Origin: Thermodesulfobacteriota bacterium
GTDB lineage: Bacteria > Desulfobacterota > Binatia > UBA9968 > JAJDTQ01
Length of the DNA stretch: 64,000 bases
Assembly (NCBI GenBank): GCA_965116735.1
Contig: OZ220712.1
Location: 2,369,680-2,433,679 of the forward strand
Direction: 5' to 3'
Below are positions 1-8,081 of the stretch, piece after piece (within the stretch, counting starts at the first letter, position 1; the number at the start of each line of letters is the position of its first letter). The translations under genes and the position numbers were made by a program. The notes under the pieces were generated by a model. That model searched no databases and had not been told where the DNA came from. It saw only the letters and a program-made list of their open reading frames with translations.

Positions 1-504
1 GGCCGCTTCCGCTACGGCTCCATGGCGACCATGAGCGACCGAGGCCGCGTCCGCAAGGAATCGTTCGCGGCCCGCGCCTTCTCGTTCGCCGTCGAGGATC
101 CGGAGCGGGAGATCCACCTGCTGCGCGGGCATTCCTTCGATCAACCCCTGGCGTCGAAGCGGGCCGGGTCTTTGCGACTCGTTGACACCGACGAGGCCCT
201 GGAGTTCGAGGCGACGCTGCCCGACGAGCAACCCACCTTCATGCGCGATACCGTCTCCATGATCCGGGCCGGCCTGGTGGGCGGAATCTCTCCCGGTTTC
301 CGAGTGCCTCCTCGAGACGTGGTTCCCGGCGCTGAAACCTTCGAACCGGAGCCGGGCAACCCGGACGTGGCAATCCGCGTGATCCGGAGGGCCGTGTTGT
401 TCGAGCTCTCGCTTGTGACGCGCCCGGCCTATCCCGATACCGAAGTGGATCTCCGCCAGTGGATGCCGGCGGCGACGCCGGAGAGGAGGCGCTGGTGGCT
501 CTGA
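1..504 (+). CDS. HK97-family phage prohead protease, N-terminus outside window
   Basis: The reading frame is open from nt 1. The C-terminal motif LFELSLVTRPAYPDT matches the conserved E-x-S-L-V-x-x-P-A signature of HK97/S78 prohead proteases. Confidence 0.6.
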   Translation, partial: GRFRYGSMATMSDRGRVRKESFAARAFSFAVEDPEREIHLLRGHSFDQPLASKRAGSLRLVDTDEALEFEATLPDEQPTFMRDTVSMIRAGLVGGISPGFRVPPRDVVPGAETFEPEPGNPDVAIRVIRRAVLFELSLVTRPAYPDTEVDLRQWMPAATPERRRWWL

Positions 505-875
505 GTCCCTGGCCGTCGAGCACGGCCACCGTCGCCTTGCGTGCGGCGACAAAAACCCTCCGAGCCGCCTTGGGCCGGGGCGAGAGCACGTCTCACCCCT
601 TTACGTTTGACGACGTGGACGCGGAAGTGCAGCGCCTGGGTGCGACCGTGGCGGCGCGTGTTGAAGAGTACGCCCCGAACGCGCCACAACCCTCGAAGGA
701 CGAAGCGGTGATCCGCGGCGCGGCCTGGCTCCGGGACACACGAGGGGCGCTTCCGAAAGAGTCCGTCGGCCCTCTGAGCGTGGAGCACGTGACGAATACC
801 GCGGCGTGGTTCCTCCACAGTGGCGCCGCCAGCCTCCTGACGCGCTGGAAGGTTCGTCGGGGAGGGGCTTGTTGA
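459..875 (+). CDS. Hypothetical phage protein, possibly a head-tail connector
   Basis: ORF of 138 aa between the protease and the next structural gene. It overlaps both neighbours, so it may be spurious. Confidence 0.25.
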   Translation: MDAGGDAGEEALVALSPWPSSTATVALRAATKTLRAALGRGESTSHPFTFDDVDAEVQRLGATVAARVEEYAPNAPQPSKDEAVIRGAAWLRDTRGALPKESVGPLSVEHVTNTAAWFLHSGAASLLTRWKVRRGGAC

Positions 876-1933
876 TGCGCTGGCCGTGGTCCAAACGCGA
901 GAAGCGGGAAAGCTCCTTCACGGACGCCTTGGTGACGCAGATCCTCGCGACGGCGTCCGGGGCGTCTCTTGCGCTGCCCACCACCATCGCGGCACTCGAG
1001 ACCGCCGCGAACCTCTACGCCCGGGCCTTCGCCGCGGCGAAGGTCCAGGGTCCTGCCTGGGCGCAAGTGGCGTTGTCTCCGGCGTGTCTCGGGATGATCG
1101 GCCGGGCGCTCATCCGCGAGGGAGAGATCGTGCTCGCCATTGACGCGGCAGACGGGGAGCTGCGCTTGTGGCCGGCCGCTGACCATGACGTGACGGGAGG
1201 GTATGACCCTGCCGGGTGGGTTTACAGGCTGAACTTGGCGGGTCCTTCCTACCTGGCGACGCGCACCGTGGGCGCGGAAGGTGTTGTCCACGTCCGCTAC
1301 GCCGCCGATCCCGCGCGGCCGTGGCGCGGCGTGGGGCCGTTGGACAGCGCCCGCACCACGGGCGCCCTGGCCGCCAGCCTCGAGCAACGATTGAGCGAAG
1401 AAGCCGGAGGCCCGGTGGGGCACCTGCTTCCGGTTCCGGCGGACGGCGGCGACGGTGGAGATGGCGATCCGCTCGCGAAGTTGAAAGCCGACGTCCGGGC
1501 CGCCAGGGGCCGGCCGCTCCTGATCGAGACGACCAGCGCGGGCTGGGGCGAGGGCCGCGCCAACGCCCCGAATCAGGACTGGCAGCCTCGCCGACTCGGG
1601 GCCAACCCACCGGCGACCCTGCCCGTGCTCCGGGACGCCGCCAGCATGGCCGTCCTGGACGCTTGCGGAGTGCCGCGGGCGCTGGCGGAATCAGCGGACG
1701 GAACCGCGGCCCGTGAAGGGTGGAGACGCTTCGTCATGGGCGCTGTGGAGCCCCTGCTCGGTATCGTAGGGGCCGAGGTGTCCCGCAAGCTCGAGACGGC
1801 CGTCTCCTTCGACCTGGGCGGCCTGTGGGCGCACGATCTGCAAGGCCGGGCCAGCGCGTTTCAACGGCTCGTGGCCGGTGGCGTGCCTGTTAACGAGGCC
1901 CTGGCGACGTCCGGTCTGCTCGCGGAGGAATGA
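806..1933 (+). CDS. Phage structural protein, portal-like or capsid-like
   Basis: ORF of 375 aa directly downstream of the prohead protease in the same orientation, with protein-like composition. The exact family cannot be resolved by eye. Confidence 0.4.
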   Translation: MVPPQWRRQPPDALEGSSGRGLLMRWPWSKREKRESSFTDALVTQILATASGASLALPTTIAALETAANLYARAFAAAKVQGPAWAQVALSPACLGMIGRALIREGEIVLAIDAADGELRLWPAADHDVTGGYDPAGWVYRLNLAGPSYLATRTVGAEGVVHVRYAADPARPWRGVGPLDSARTTGALAASLEQRLSEEAGGPVGHLLPVPADGGDGGDGDPLAKLKADVRAARGRPLLIETTSAGWGEGRANAPNQDWQPRRLGANPPATLPVLRDAASMAVLDACGVPRALAESADGTAAREGWRRFVMGAVEPLLGIVGAEVSRKLETAVSFDLGGLWAHDLQGRASAFQRLVAGGVPVNEALATSGLLAEE

Positions 1934-2139
1934 TGAATCCACCACGCGTGTGCCCCTGTGGCCGTCCTACCGTGACGCGGTACGACGATCACTGCGCCCG
2001 ATGTATCCGGCGCGCCAAGCCGGCGACGCGACCGATGGCTGGCTCCGTGCCGGTGGCTGGCGGGGGCGGGGGAGGGCGGCTGGGCAAGAGAGATCGTAAG
2101 TTCTGGGTCGCTCCTGGGGAACTTCAGCCCTTTTTTTGA
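1930..2139 (+). CDS. Small zinc-ribbon-like protein
   Basis: ATG overlaps the upstream stop (ATGA). It carries a CPCG...HCARC cysteine pattern. Confidence 0.3.
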   Translation: MMNPPRVCPCGRPTVTRYDDHCARCIRRAKPATRPMAGSVPVAGGGGGGRLGKRDRKFWVAPGELQPFF

Positions 2140-2423
2140 GGCGTGGTATCCTCGTCCTCGATGTAGCCCTCACTGCGTAAATGTTCGAAATAGGCCTTTT
2201 TGCTCATTGGACAGTTGGCGAGGTTTCGGGCTTGCCGCATGCTAACCTTAATTTGCTTAGGGATATAGTCGTGCCCCTTTGCCTTTGAGGCTCTTCTTAT
2301 TCCATAGGAAAAAAGAACCTTGCCATTGTACTCTATCTCGACAAAGCCGTGCCTAGTGTTGTCTCCGGAAGCCGCGGATAGTTTCTTGGCGATCTTCTCC
2401 GCATGTGTCTGGTTTAACACCAT
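2124..2423 (-). CDS. Hypothetical protein, cargo gene C of the low-GC module
   Basis: 99 aa and clearly lower GC than its surroundings. It is translationally coupled to the upstream gene (2423/2425) and has no recognisable family. Confidence 0.5.
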   Translation of the reverse strand: MVLNQTHAEKIAKKLSAASGDNTRHGFVEIEYNGKVLFSYGIRRASKAKGHDYIPKQIKVSMRQARNLANCPMSKKAYFEHLRSEGYIEDEDTTPQKKG

Positions 2424-2424
2424 T

Positions 2425-2916
2425 CTATTTGCGGGGTCGTAGGTGCTTCCGAAGGATGGTCAATTGCGTCCTGGGAGTGCTGCCAAGCTGCTTGGAAGGC
2501 CTGCGACTAAACACTTCATACATGTCAAGAATGTGTGCAGCGAGGTTTCCGACCGCATCCTCGCTGGTTTCTCCTGGCATGGCAACATTGGCCTTTTCAA
2601 AGCTTGCCGTGAAATCGTCAGGGGCATTTTGTATAACCCTCACCTCGATAGGCTTGATAACATCGTATGGTTCTTCCGGAAAGGCGTTGATAAACGTCAC
2701 CACGCAATAGGGCGCACCGGAATGCTGCGGGGAATGATTGGGAAGCTGACGGACGGCTTCATACCATTCATCAACATTGTGGGATTGTGGACTCCACGGC
2801 AGTCCAGGACCGGTCTGATCGTTACCCAAGAACTGGCTCGCAAGAATCCCTCTGACGATTCCTGGATCCCATCCGTAGCTATCGTCGGTCTTTGAGGCAC
2901 TGGCTTCATCTATCAC
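2425..2916 (-). CDS. Hypothetical protein, cargo gene B of the low-GC module
   Basis: 163 aa, low GC. It overlaps the upstream gene by 4 nt (2913-2916). Confidence 0.5.
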   Translation of the reverse strand: MIDEASASKTDDSYGWDPGIVRGILASQFLGNDQTGPGLPWSPQSHNVDEWYEAVRQLPNHSPQHSGAPYCVVTFINAFPEEPYDVIKPIEVRVIQNAPDDFTASFEKANVAMPGETSEDAVGNLAAHILDMYEVFSRRPSKQLGSTPRTQLTILRKHLRPRK

Positions 2917-3293
2917 TGGAGGGTTCCCTTTTTCTCTTCTTCCAGTCTCTGCCTCTGGAGATTTTCGTATTCGTCGACCTTACCGAGCAGCCATGTAGCG
3001 ATTGATCTTGCGTTTTCGGGTCTCATCACTACACCCACTGAGAGATGCCGTACATACTTGAGTTGACCGGGTTGGGGGTCGATCTGAGCGCCAATCCGAC
3101 CTTCCGGCTCCACCACGTGTGTAATTGAGGTCGGGAGCGCGTGCTGTTCCGAGTAAAGATGCATGGCGATTTCACCCTTATTCGTTACTCCTCCCCATGC
3201 CCCGTCAACCGCAACTAGCCGATAATCTTGGTCCTTCTCGAACTGAAAGACGGCCTTATTCGGGATCCCTTGTGAGGACCGCTTCGCTGCCAT
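2913..3293 (-). CDS. Hypothetical protein, cargo gene A of the low-GC module
   Basis: 126 aa, low GC, first gene of a tightly coupled three-gene minus-strand operon. Confidence 0.5.
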   Translation of the reverse strand: MAAKRSSQGIPNKAVFQFEKDQDYRLVAVDGAWGGVTNKGEIAMHLYSEQHALPTSITHVVEPEGRIGAQIDPQPGQLKYVRHLSVGVVMRPENARSIATWLLGKVDEYENLQRQRLEEEKKGTLQ

Positions 3294-3662
3294 ATTTCAC
3301 CACCTCTTTCCGGTTCTTTGAGGATATGGACGGGCTTGACGGGTAGCGACTCATGTTTACAAGGAGGGAAGTTCCCTGATCAGATCCATTCACCCTAATG
3401 GTCAGGCCCTAGAGCGATAGGGAGGACGATGTTCGAGCAACAGCTCCCTCTCTTCTTGGTCTAGTAAAAGCGAAAGTGCTTGTCAAGAAGTTTCAGTTGG
3501 GTCTCCACACGCTCCCCCGCCCAGCCGCGCGGCGCCGGCAAGGCACAAGTAGACCGGCAAGCCGCTCTCGCTGGCGGCGGTCGGTCACGGCCTACCCACT
3601 GCGCGACATGCATCCGCACAGCCGCGCCACCATGTCCAACCCCCGCCACCAGTTGATCGTTC

Positions 3663-3693
3663 GATCAATCGGTTTCCCGTAAACCGATTGATC
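3663..3693. promoter_or_regulatory. Perfect 13-bp inverted repeat with a 5-nt loop, putative operator or terminator
   Basis: GATCAATCGGTTT-cccgt-AAACCGATTGATC lies about 30 bp upstream of the promoter-like element. Confidence 0.4.
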
Positions 3694-3724
3694 CGCCTAT
3701 CTCCGTCCGGGCGGTACCCCCCAC

Positions 3725-3753
3725 TTGACTCGATTCCCGTTCCAAGGTATAAA
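3725..3753 (+). promoter_or_regulatory. Sigma70-like promoter: TTGACT, 17-nt spacer, TATAAA
   Basis: Near-consensus -35 and -10 hexamers with a 17-nt spacer, about 30 nt upstream of an AGGAGG RBS and the TTG start at 3783. Confidence 0.45.
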
Positions 3754-3782
3754 TCCGTAAGCTTCGTTAGGAGGTATACCCC

Positions 3783-3995
3783 TTGCCAACCAAAGATGGA
3801 GCATACGTCACCGCGCATTTGAACCCGCGCGACATGGATGATTTCAAGCGTGTGAAGGCCTACATGCGGGCGAAGAACGAGGCATCCGGGTGGCCGGCCG
3901 AACGCGCGGATCCTACAAACTCAAACGTCGTGCGCTTCGCCCTGCTGATTGCGCGGGGTACTATCGAGGCTTGGGAGAAGGAAGTGGCACCCTAA
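3783..3995 (+). CDS. Small putative DNA-binding protein (ribbon-helix-helix-like) of the integration module
   Basis: 70 aa with an AGGAGG RBS 8 nt upstream of a TTG start. A predicted strand-helix-helix layout is read by eye. It sits upstream of the integrase. Confidence 0.4.
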   Translation: MPTKDGAYVTAHLNPRDMDDFKRVKAYMRAKNEASGWPAERADPTNSNVVRFALLIARGTIEAWEKEVAP

Positions 3996-4024
3996 GCTTC
4001 GGGCAAGTCTCTGTGATCAGACCA

Positions 4025-4228
4025 ATGAGGAGGTCCCCAATCACCGAGGTCGAGCTCGCGCGCTACCTGAAGGCGTTGCGGCGTGCCGGCTTCGATTCGG
4101 GCCGCGTGGAAATTTCGCCGGACGGCAAGATTTCCGTCATCGCGGGGGAGGGGGAGCCCGAACCCACGGGCGCCAACGACTTCGACAGGTTGATAGGGAG
4201 GGTCAAGAACGATGCGCCGCCGTCTTAG
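4025..4228 (+). CDS. Small hypothetical protein immediately upstream of the integrase, possibly an excisionase-like accessory
   Basis: ATG at 4025 within ORF 3890..4228. Its stop overlaps the integrase start. Confidence 0.35.
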   Translation: MRRSPITEVELARYLKALRRAGFDSGRVEISPDGKISVIAGEGEPEPTGANDFDRLIGRVKNDAPPS

Positions 4229-5285
4229 AAATCCGTTTCCGGGCGTGACGGTCGTCGAGGATCGCCACGGCAAGAGCCGCTACCGCCTGCGCCGGGTCGT
4301 CAAGGGCCGGAGCGTGGACACCTACCTCCCCAATCCGTATGCTTCGCCAGCGTTTCGAGCGGCATACGACGAAGCGATTGAGGGCGCGCGTGTAGCAACA
4401 ACGCGCCGCGCACAGCCCGGCACGCTGGCCTACCTCATCACCTCGTACCTGGATTCCACGGCGTTCAGAAACCTCGCCGCCGATACGCGGCGGTCAAAGC
4501 GTTACCGCTTGGACTGGCTCAGGGAAGCCGTTGGCCAAGGCCGGTACGCCTCGATGGAACCCCGCCACGTCGAAGCACTCATGCAAAAGAAGGGCGGGCC
4601 AGCTGCGGGCAACCGGCTCAAGGCGGACTTGGCGCAACTGTACAGGTACGCGGCGAAGCGGTTCGGCTACACCGGCCCGAACCCTGCGGCACTCGCGGAT
4701 GGACTCAAGGTCAAGCCTGGCGGTTATCACACCTGGACCGAGGAGGAGATCGCAATCTACCGAGCGCACCATCCCACCGGGACCAAGGCGCGCTTGGCGC
4801 TGGAGATCTTCCTCGGCACGGGCGCGGCCAGACAGGACGGAGCTGCACTCACTCGCGGGAACATCCGCGGGGATCGGCTCTACTATCGCCGGCACAAGAC
4901 CGGCCAGGACGTGGACCTGCCCATTATGCCAGAGCTGGCCGCGGAGCTGGCGCACGTTCCTGCGAACCAGATGATGCTCATCGGCCACAGCCAGAACGGC
5001 CGGGCATACTCCGTCGCCGGACTCGGCAACGCCTTCGCCGACTGGTGCCGGGATGCGGGATTGCCACACTGCTCCGCTCATGGATTGCGCAAGGCAGGCG
5101 CGCGGCGACTAGCCGAAGCGGGCGCCACGGAGTTCGAGATCATGGCGTTTCTCGCGCACAAGAACACGCGGGAAGCGGCGAGGTACGCGATGGCGGCGAA
5201 CCGAAGCAGGCTGACCAGCTCGGGCATGGCGAAGCTCAAAAAAGTTGTCCAACCTTTGCGGAGGTTGGACAACTCGGACCGCTAA
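4212..5285 (+). CDS. int: Tyrosine-type site-specific recombinase (phage integrase)
   Basis: C-terminal catalytic region HSAHGLRKAGARRLAEAGATEFEIMAFLAHKN...AARY carries the R..HxxR..Y signature of tyrosine recombinases. It ends 20 nt from the tRNA 3' end. Confidence 0.9.
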   Translation: MRRRLRNPFPGVTVVEDRHGKSRYRLRRVVKGRSVDTYLPNPYASPAFRAAYDEAIEGARVATTRRAQPGTLAYLITSYLDSTAFRNLAADTRRSKRYRLDWLREAVGQGRYASMEPRHVEALMQKKGGPAAGNRLKADLAQLYRYAAKRFGYTGPNPAALADGLKVKPGGYHTWTEEEIAIYRAHHPTGTKARLALEIFLGTGAARQDGAALTRGNIRGDRLYYRRHKTGQDVDLPIMPELAAELAHVPANQMMLIGHSQNGRAYSVAGLGNAFADWCRDAGLPHCSAHGLRKAGARRLAEAGATEFEIMAFLAHKNTREAARYAMAANRSRLTSSGMAKLKKVVQPLRRLDNSDR

Positions 5286-5305
5286 CATCGTGAAATATAT
5301 AGAGA

Positions 5306-5382
5306 AAAAGCAAGAGGTGGTGGTCGCAGCAGGACTCGAACCTGCGACCTCTTGCATGTGAGGCAAGCGCTCTAGCCGACTG
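5306..5382 (-). tRNA. tRNA-Val (anticodon CAC)
   Basis: Minus-strand sequence GGTCGCATAGCTCAGTCGGCTAGAGCGCTTGCCTCACATGCAAGAGGTCGCAGGTTCGAGTCCTGCTGCGACCACCA. Hand folding gives a 7-bp acceptor stem, a D arm, an anticodon stem CTTGC/GCAAG with loop CTCACAT, a T-loop TTCGAGT and an encoded CCA. Confidence 0.85.
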
Positions 5383-5463
5383 AGCTATGCGACCACTGTG
5401 GGACCTTGACGTTTACCACCTCAGGGGGCGGGTTTCAACAACGCCGCGACCCCGGCGGGCAAG

Positions 5464-5730
5464 TCACTCCCGCTCCTTGTGCCGCTGCTTGATGCGCTGG
5501 TTCAGCGACTGCAGGATGCCGGCGGCGACAGCGGCGATGACGTCAACCGCGGCGTCGAGATGTTCTTCGGGAATATCTGCTTTCCTTGCGTCCGCAAGGC
5601 GCCGGTCCACTCAGGGATCGCAGTTGCGCGTCATCGCCACGGCGAGGCCGAGAAAGATCTTCTCCCGCTCGCTGAGGCACTCGACGGCGTGGGCGTCGCG
5701 ATAGAACTGGCGGAAGTCTGCCTTCTTCAT
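5464..5730 (-). CDS. AhpD-like / carboxymuconolactone-decarboxylase-family selenoprotein with in-frame UGA = Sec at 5611..5613
   Basis: CAGGAGG SD sits 6 nt upstream of the ATG at 5730. Translation reads MKKADFRQFYRDAHAVECLSEREKIFLGLAVAMTRNCDP-U-VDRRLADARKADIPEEHLDAAVDVIAAVAAGILQSLNQRIKQRHKERE. The TGA occupies the second redox position of the family CxxC motif, giving CxxU. The frame stays protein-like after the TGA, and a hairpin begins 11 nt downstream. Confidence 0.7.
5584..5599 (-). promoter_or_regulatory. Bacterial SECIS-like hairpin downstream of the UGA
   Basis: On the mRNA: UGA, then 11 nt, then CCUUGC-GGAC-GCAAGG, a 6-bp stem with a G-rich apical loop. The G lies about 21 nt after the UGA, within the usual bSECIS window. 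Confidence 0.5.
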
Positions 5731-5783
5731 GGATGTCCTCCTGACGGCGCGGGCGCATCTTGGCGACCGCACCGGTGGTGCGA

Positions 5784-6191
5784 TCAGCCCTTGGCCATCT
5801 CCAGGATCTCGTCGTAGTGGGCGTCGCTCACCGGGACAAAGGAAAGCCGGCCCAGACGGAACAGGTCGAAGCCCTCCAGCTTGGGGTTGAGCTTCATCTC
5901 GGCCAGCGACACCTCGCGCTTCAACGCCTTGCCCACCTTGATGTCGAACACCAGGAGCCTGGGGTCATCCTTCTCGGGATCCGCATAGGCGCCGGTGGTG
6001 GCGGTGCCGAGGCCGACGCAGACCCGCTCGCCGCCGGTATGGTAGACGATGCAGCGATCGCCCTTCTTCACGGTCTTGAGGTGCTTGAGCGCAAGATTGT
6101 TCTTGATGCCGTCCCAGATCGTCGACTTGTCCCGCTGCAGGTCGGCAAAGGAATAAACGCTGGGTTCGGTCTTGAGCAGCCAGTTGGCCAT
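5784..6191 (-). CDS. EVE domain protein (PUA-like, DUF55)
   Basis: MANWLLKTEPSVYSF...GIKN...KKGDRCIVYHTGGER is typical of the EVE family. AAGGAGGAGG SD precedes the ATG at 6191. Confidence 0.8.
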   Translation of the reverse strand: MANWLLKTEPSVYSFADLQRDKSTIWDGIKNNLALKHLKTVKKGDRCIVYHTGGERVCVGLGTATTGAYADPEKDDPRLLVFDIKVGKALKREVSLAEMKLNPKLEGFDLFRLGRLSFVPVSDAHYDEILEMAKG

Positions 6192-6332
6192 CGTAATCCT
6201 CCTCCTTGTTCGGCGTCGTCTTGAGATACTGCAAACCGGCACATGCGGCAACCGTGGGGAGGAGTCAGACGCCCAGAGACATTTGTCTGAAACTGTCGCT
6301 CGGATCCCCGTCGCCCCGAATCCGCGCTGGTT

Positions 6333-6608
6333 TCAGCCTGCGACGAGGTTGATCTCCACCTTCATGCCGACAGCGTCCGCATAGCGTTCCAATGTCTTCA
6401 GCGACGGTTTGTGGCCGCTTTCCAGGCGAGCGACGGTAGGCTGGCTCGTCCCCATCCGGATAGCAACCTCGCTCTGACTCATTCCCGCCCTGACCCGTGC
6501 CTCAATGAGCTTCCGTGCCAATTCGAACTCGGGTTTGAGGGCCTCGAACTCCGCCCGGAACTCGGGATCCTTGTTCCACTCATTCCGCAGATCATCAAAT
6601 TTAATCAT
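6333..6608 (-). CDS. HTH XRE-family antitoxin (HigA-like)
   Basis: HTH segment AGMSQSEVAIRMGTSQPTVARLESG. Encoded immediately downstream of the toxin gene. Confidence 0.8.
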   Translation of the reverse strand: MIKFDDLRNEWNKDPEFRAEFEALKPEFELARKLIEARVRAGMSQSEVAIRMGTSQPTVARLESGHKPSLKTLERYADAVGMKVEINLVAG

Positions 6609-6668
6609 AATATAGTTTCCTGCTATCGATCATTTGTGGTCGTATCCGAGAGTCGACTTATGGAATGG

Positions 6669-6995
6669 TCATTGATCTACCTCCTTCATTCTGGACAAGG
6701 CTGTCTCGACTGCCCTCTTGGGGATCCTTCGGGTCTTTTTGTGAAACGCATGCAAGACGACGATGCGACGGTCCTTGGCTGTCACATACAGAGCACGGGC
6801 AATCCCGTCACGGCCCTTGAGTCGCATTTCCCAGAGTTTGTCCCGTACAGGTTTGACATAAGGCTCGCGAACTTGATTCAGACCGAACTCTTCGATCAGG
6901 CCGACAATATGGTCCATCTTCGCTCGCATATCCGCAGGGAGTCTCTCAAGCTCTTCTCTGACCGTTTGGTTCAGGATTTCCACGCGCCAGACCAT
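6669..6995 (-). CDS. RelE/ParE-superfamily toxin (HigB / phage Gp49-like)
   Basis: MVWRVEILNQTVREELERLPADMRAKMDHIVGLIEEFG...KLWEMRLKGRDGIARALYV fits the Gp49/HigB-like family. Toxin-first gene order matches HigBA. Confidence 0.75.
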   Translation of the reverse strand: MVWRVEILNQTVREELERLPADMRAKMDHIVGLIEEFGLNQVREPYVKPVRDKLWEMRLKGRDGIARALYVTAKDRRIVVLHAFHKKTRRIPKRAVETALSRMKEVDQ

Positions 6996-7107
6996 CCCCA
7001 AGATATACCGATTTTGATATAGAGGGCAAGCGGAGTCACCCACAGATGATCGGAAAATCTCGTACCGCTCCCGCTTTCCCGATGGGTCTGTGGTACAACA
7101 GATATTC

Positions 7108-7995
7108 ATGGCGCTCGCACGCGAGAAGAAACCCAGAGACCGTCCGCTGCTTGGCGCCCACATGTCTATCGCCGGCGGGGTCCACAACGCGCTGCATGCC
7201 GGCGACAGCGTGGGCTGCGAGGCCATCCAGATCTTCACCAAGTCCTCGCGGCAGTGGGCCGCGAAACCCCTAAGCGAGGAAGACATCCTGACTTTCAGGG
7301 CGACGCAGAGGGCCAGCGGGATCCACACGGTGGTGGCCCACGACTCCTACCTGCTGAATCTGGGCGCCCCCGACCGGGAACTGCGCGAGAAGTCGGTGGA
7401 CGCCTTCGTGGACGAGATGGAACGGTGCGAGGCGTTGGATATCCCCTGCCTCATCGCCCATCCCGGCGCCCACACCGGCGCGGGCGAGCGCGCGGGACTG
7501 CGCACCATCGCTCGTTCCCTGGACGCGATCCACCGCCGTTGCGCGGGCTTCAAGGTGCGGGTCGCGCTGGAGATCACCGCCGGCCAGGGCACCAACCTGG
7601 GCTACCGCTTCGAGCACATCCGTAACATCATCGACAGCGCCAGGGAAAGCGACCGGCTCCGCGTGTGCTTCGACACCCAGCACGCGTTCGCCGCCGGATA
7701 CGACATTCGCACTCCCGAAGGCTACGAGCGGACCTTTGCGGAGTTCGACGAGACCATCGGGGTCAAGCTCCTCGCCGCCTTCCACCTGAACGACTCGAAG
7801 AAAGAGCTCGACTGCCGGGTGGACCGCCACGAGCTCATCGGCAAGGGGCACATCGACGTGGAGCCGTTCCGGCTGCTGATGAACGACAGGCGCTTCTTCG
7901 GACTGCCCATGTGCCTTGAAACCCCCAAGGGCAAGGACCTGAAGGAGGATCGCGAGACTCTTGAGCTGCTACGGTCCTTTCGGGGCGACGCGTGA
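7108..7995 (+). CDS. nfo: Deoxyribonuclease IV (endonuclease IV, AP endonuclease family 2)
   Basis: Strong collinear similarity to Nfo: GAHMSIAGG, IFTKSSRQW, HDSYLLNLG, DAFVDEMERCEAL, AHPGAH. The start could alternatively be GTG 7090. Confidence 0.9.
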   Translation: MALAREKKPRDRPLLGAHMSIAGGVHNALHAGDSVGCEAIQIFTKSSRQWAAKPLSEEDILTFRATQRASGIHTVVAHDSYLLNLGAPDRELREKSVDAFVDEMERCEALDIPCLIAHPGAHTGAGERAGLRTIARSLDAIHRRCAGFKVRVALEITAGQGTNLGYRFEHIRNIIDSARESDRLRVCFDTQHAFAAGYDIRTPEGYERTFAEFDETIGVKLLAAFHLNDSKKELDCRVDRHELIGKGHIDVEPFRLLMNDRRFFGLPMCLETPKGKDLKEDRETLELLRSFRGDA

Positions 7996-8081
7996 GGACG
8001 CGTGAACCACGGTAGGCGCGTCGCCACCTTCACCCGGACACGAATCGTGAACTGCATCACGCTTCGTTGATTCGCACGTGA

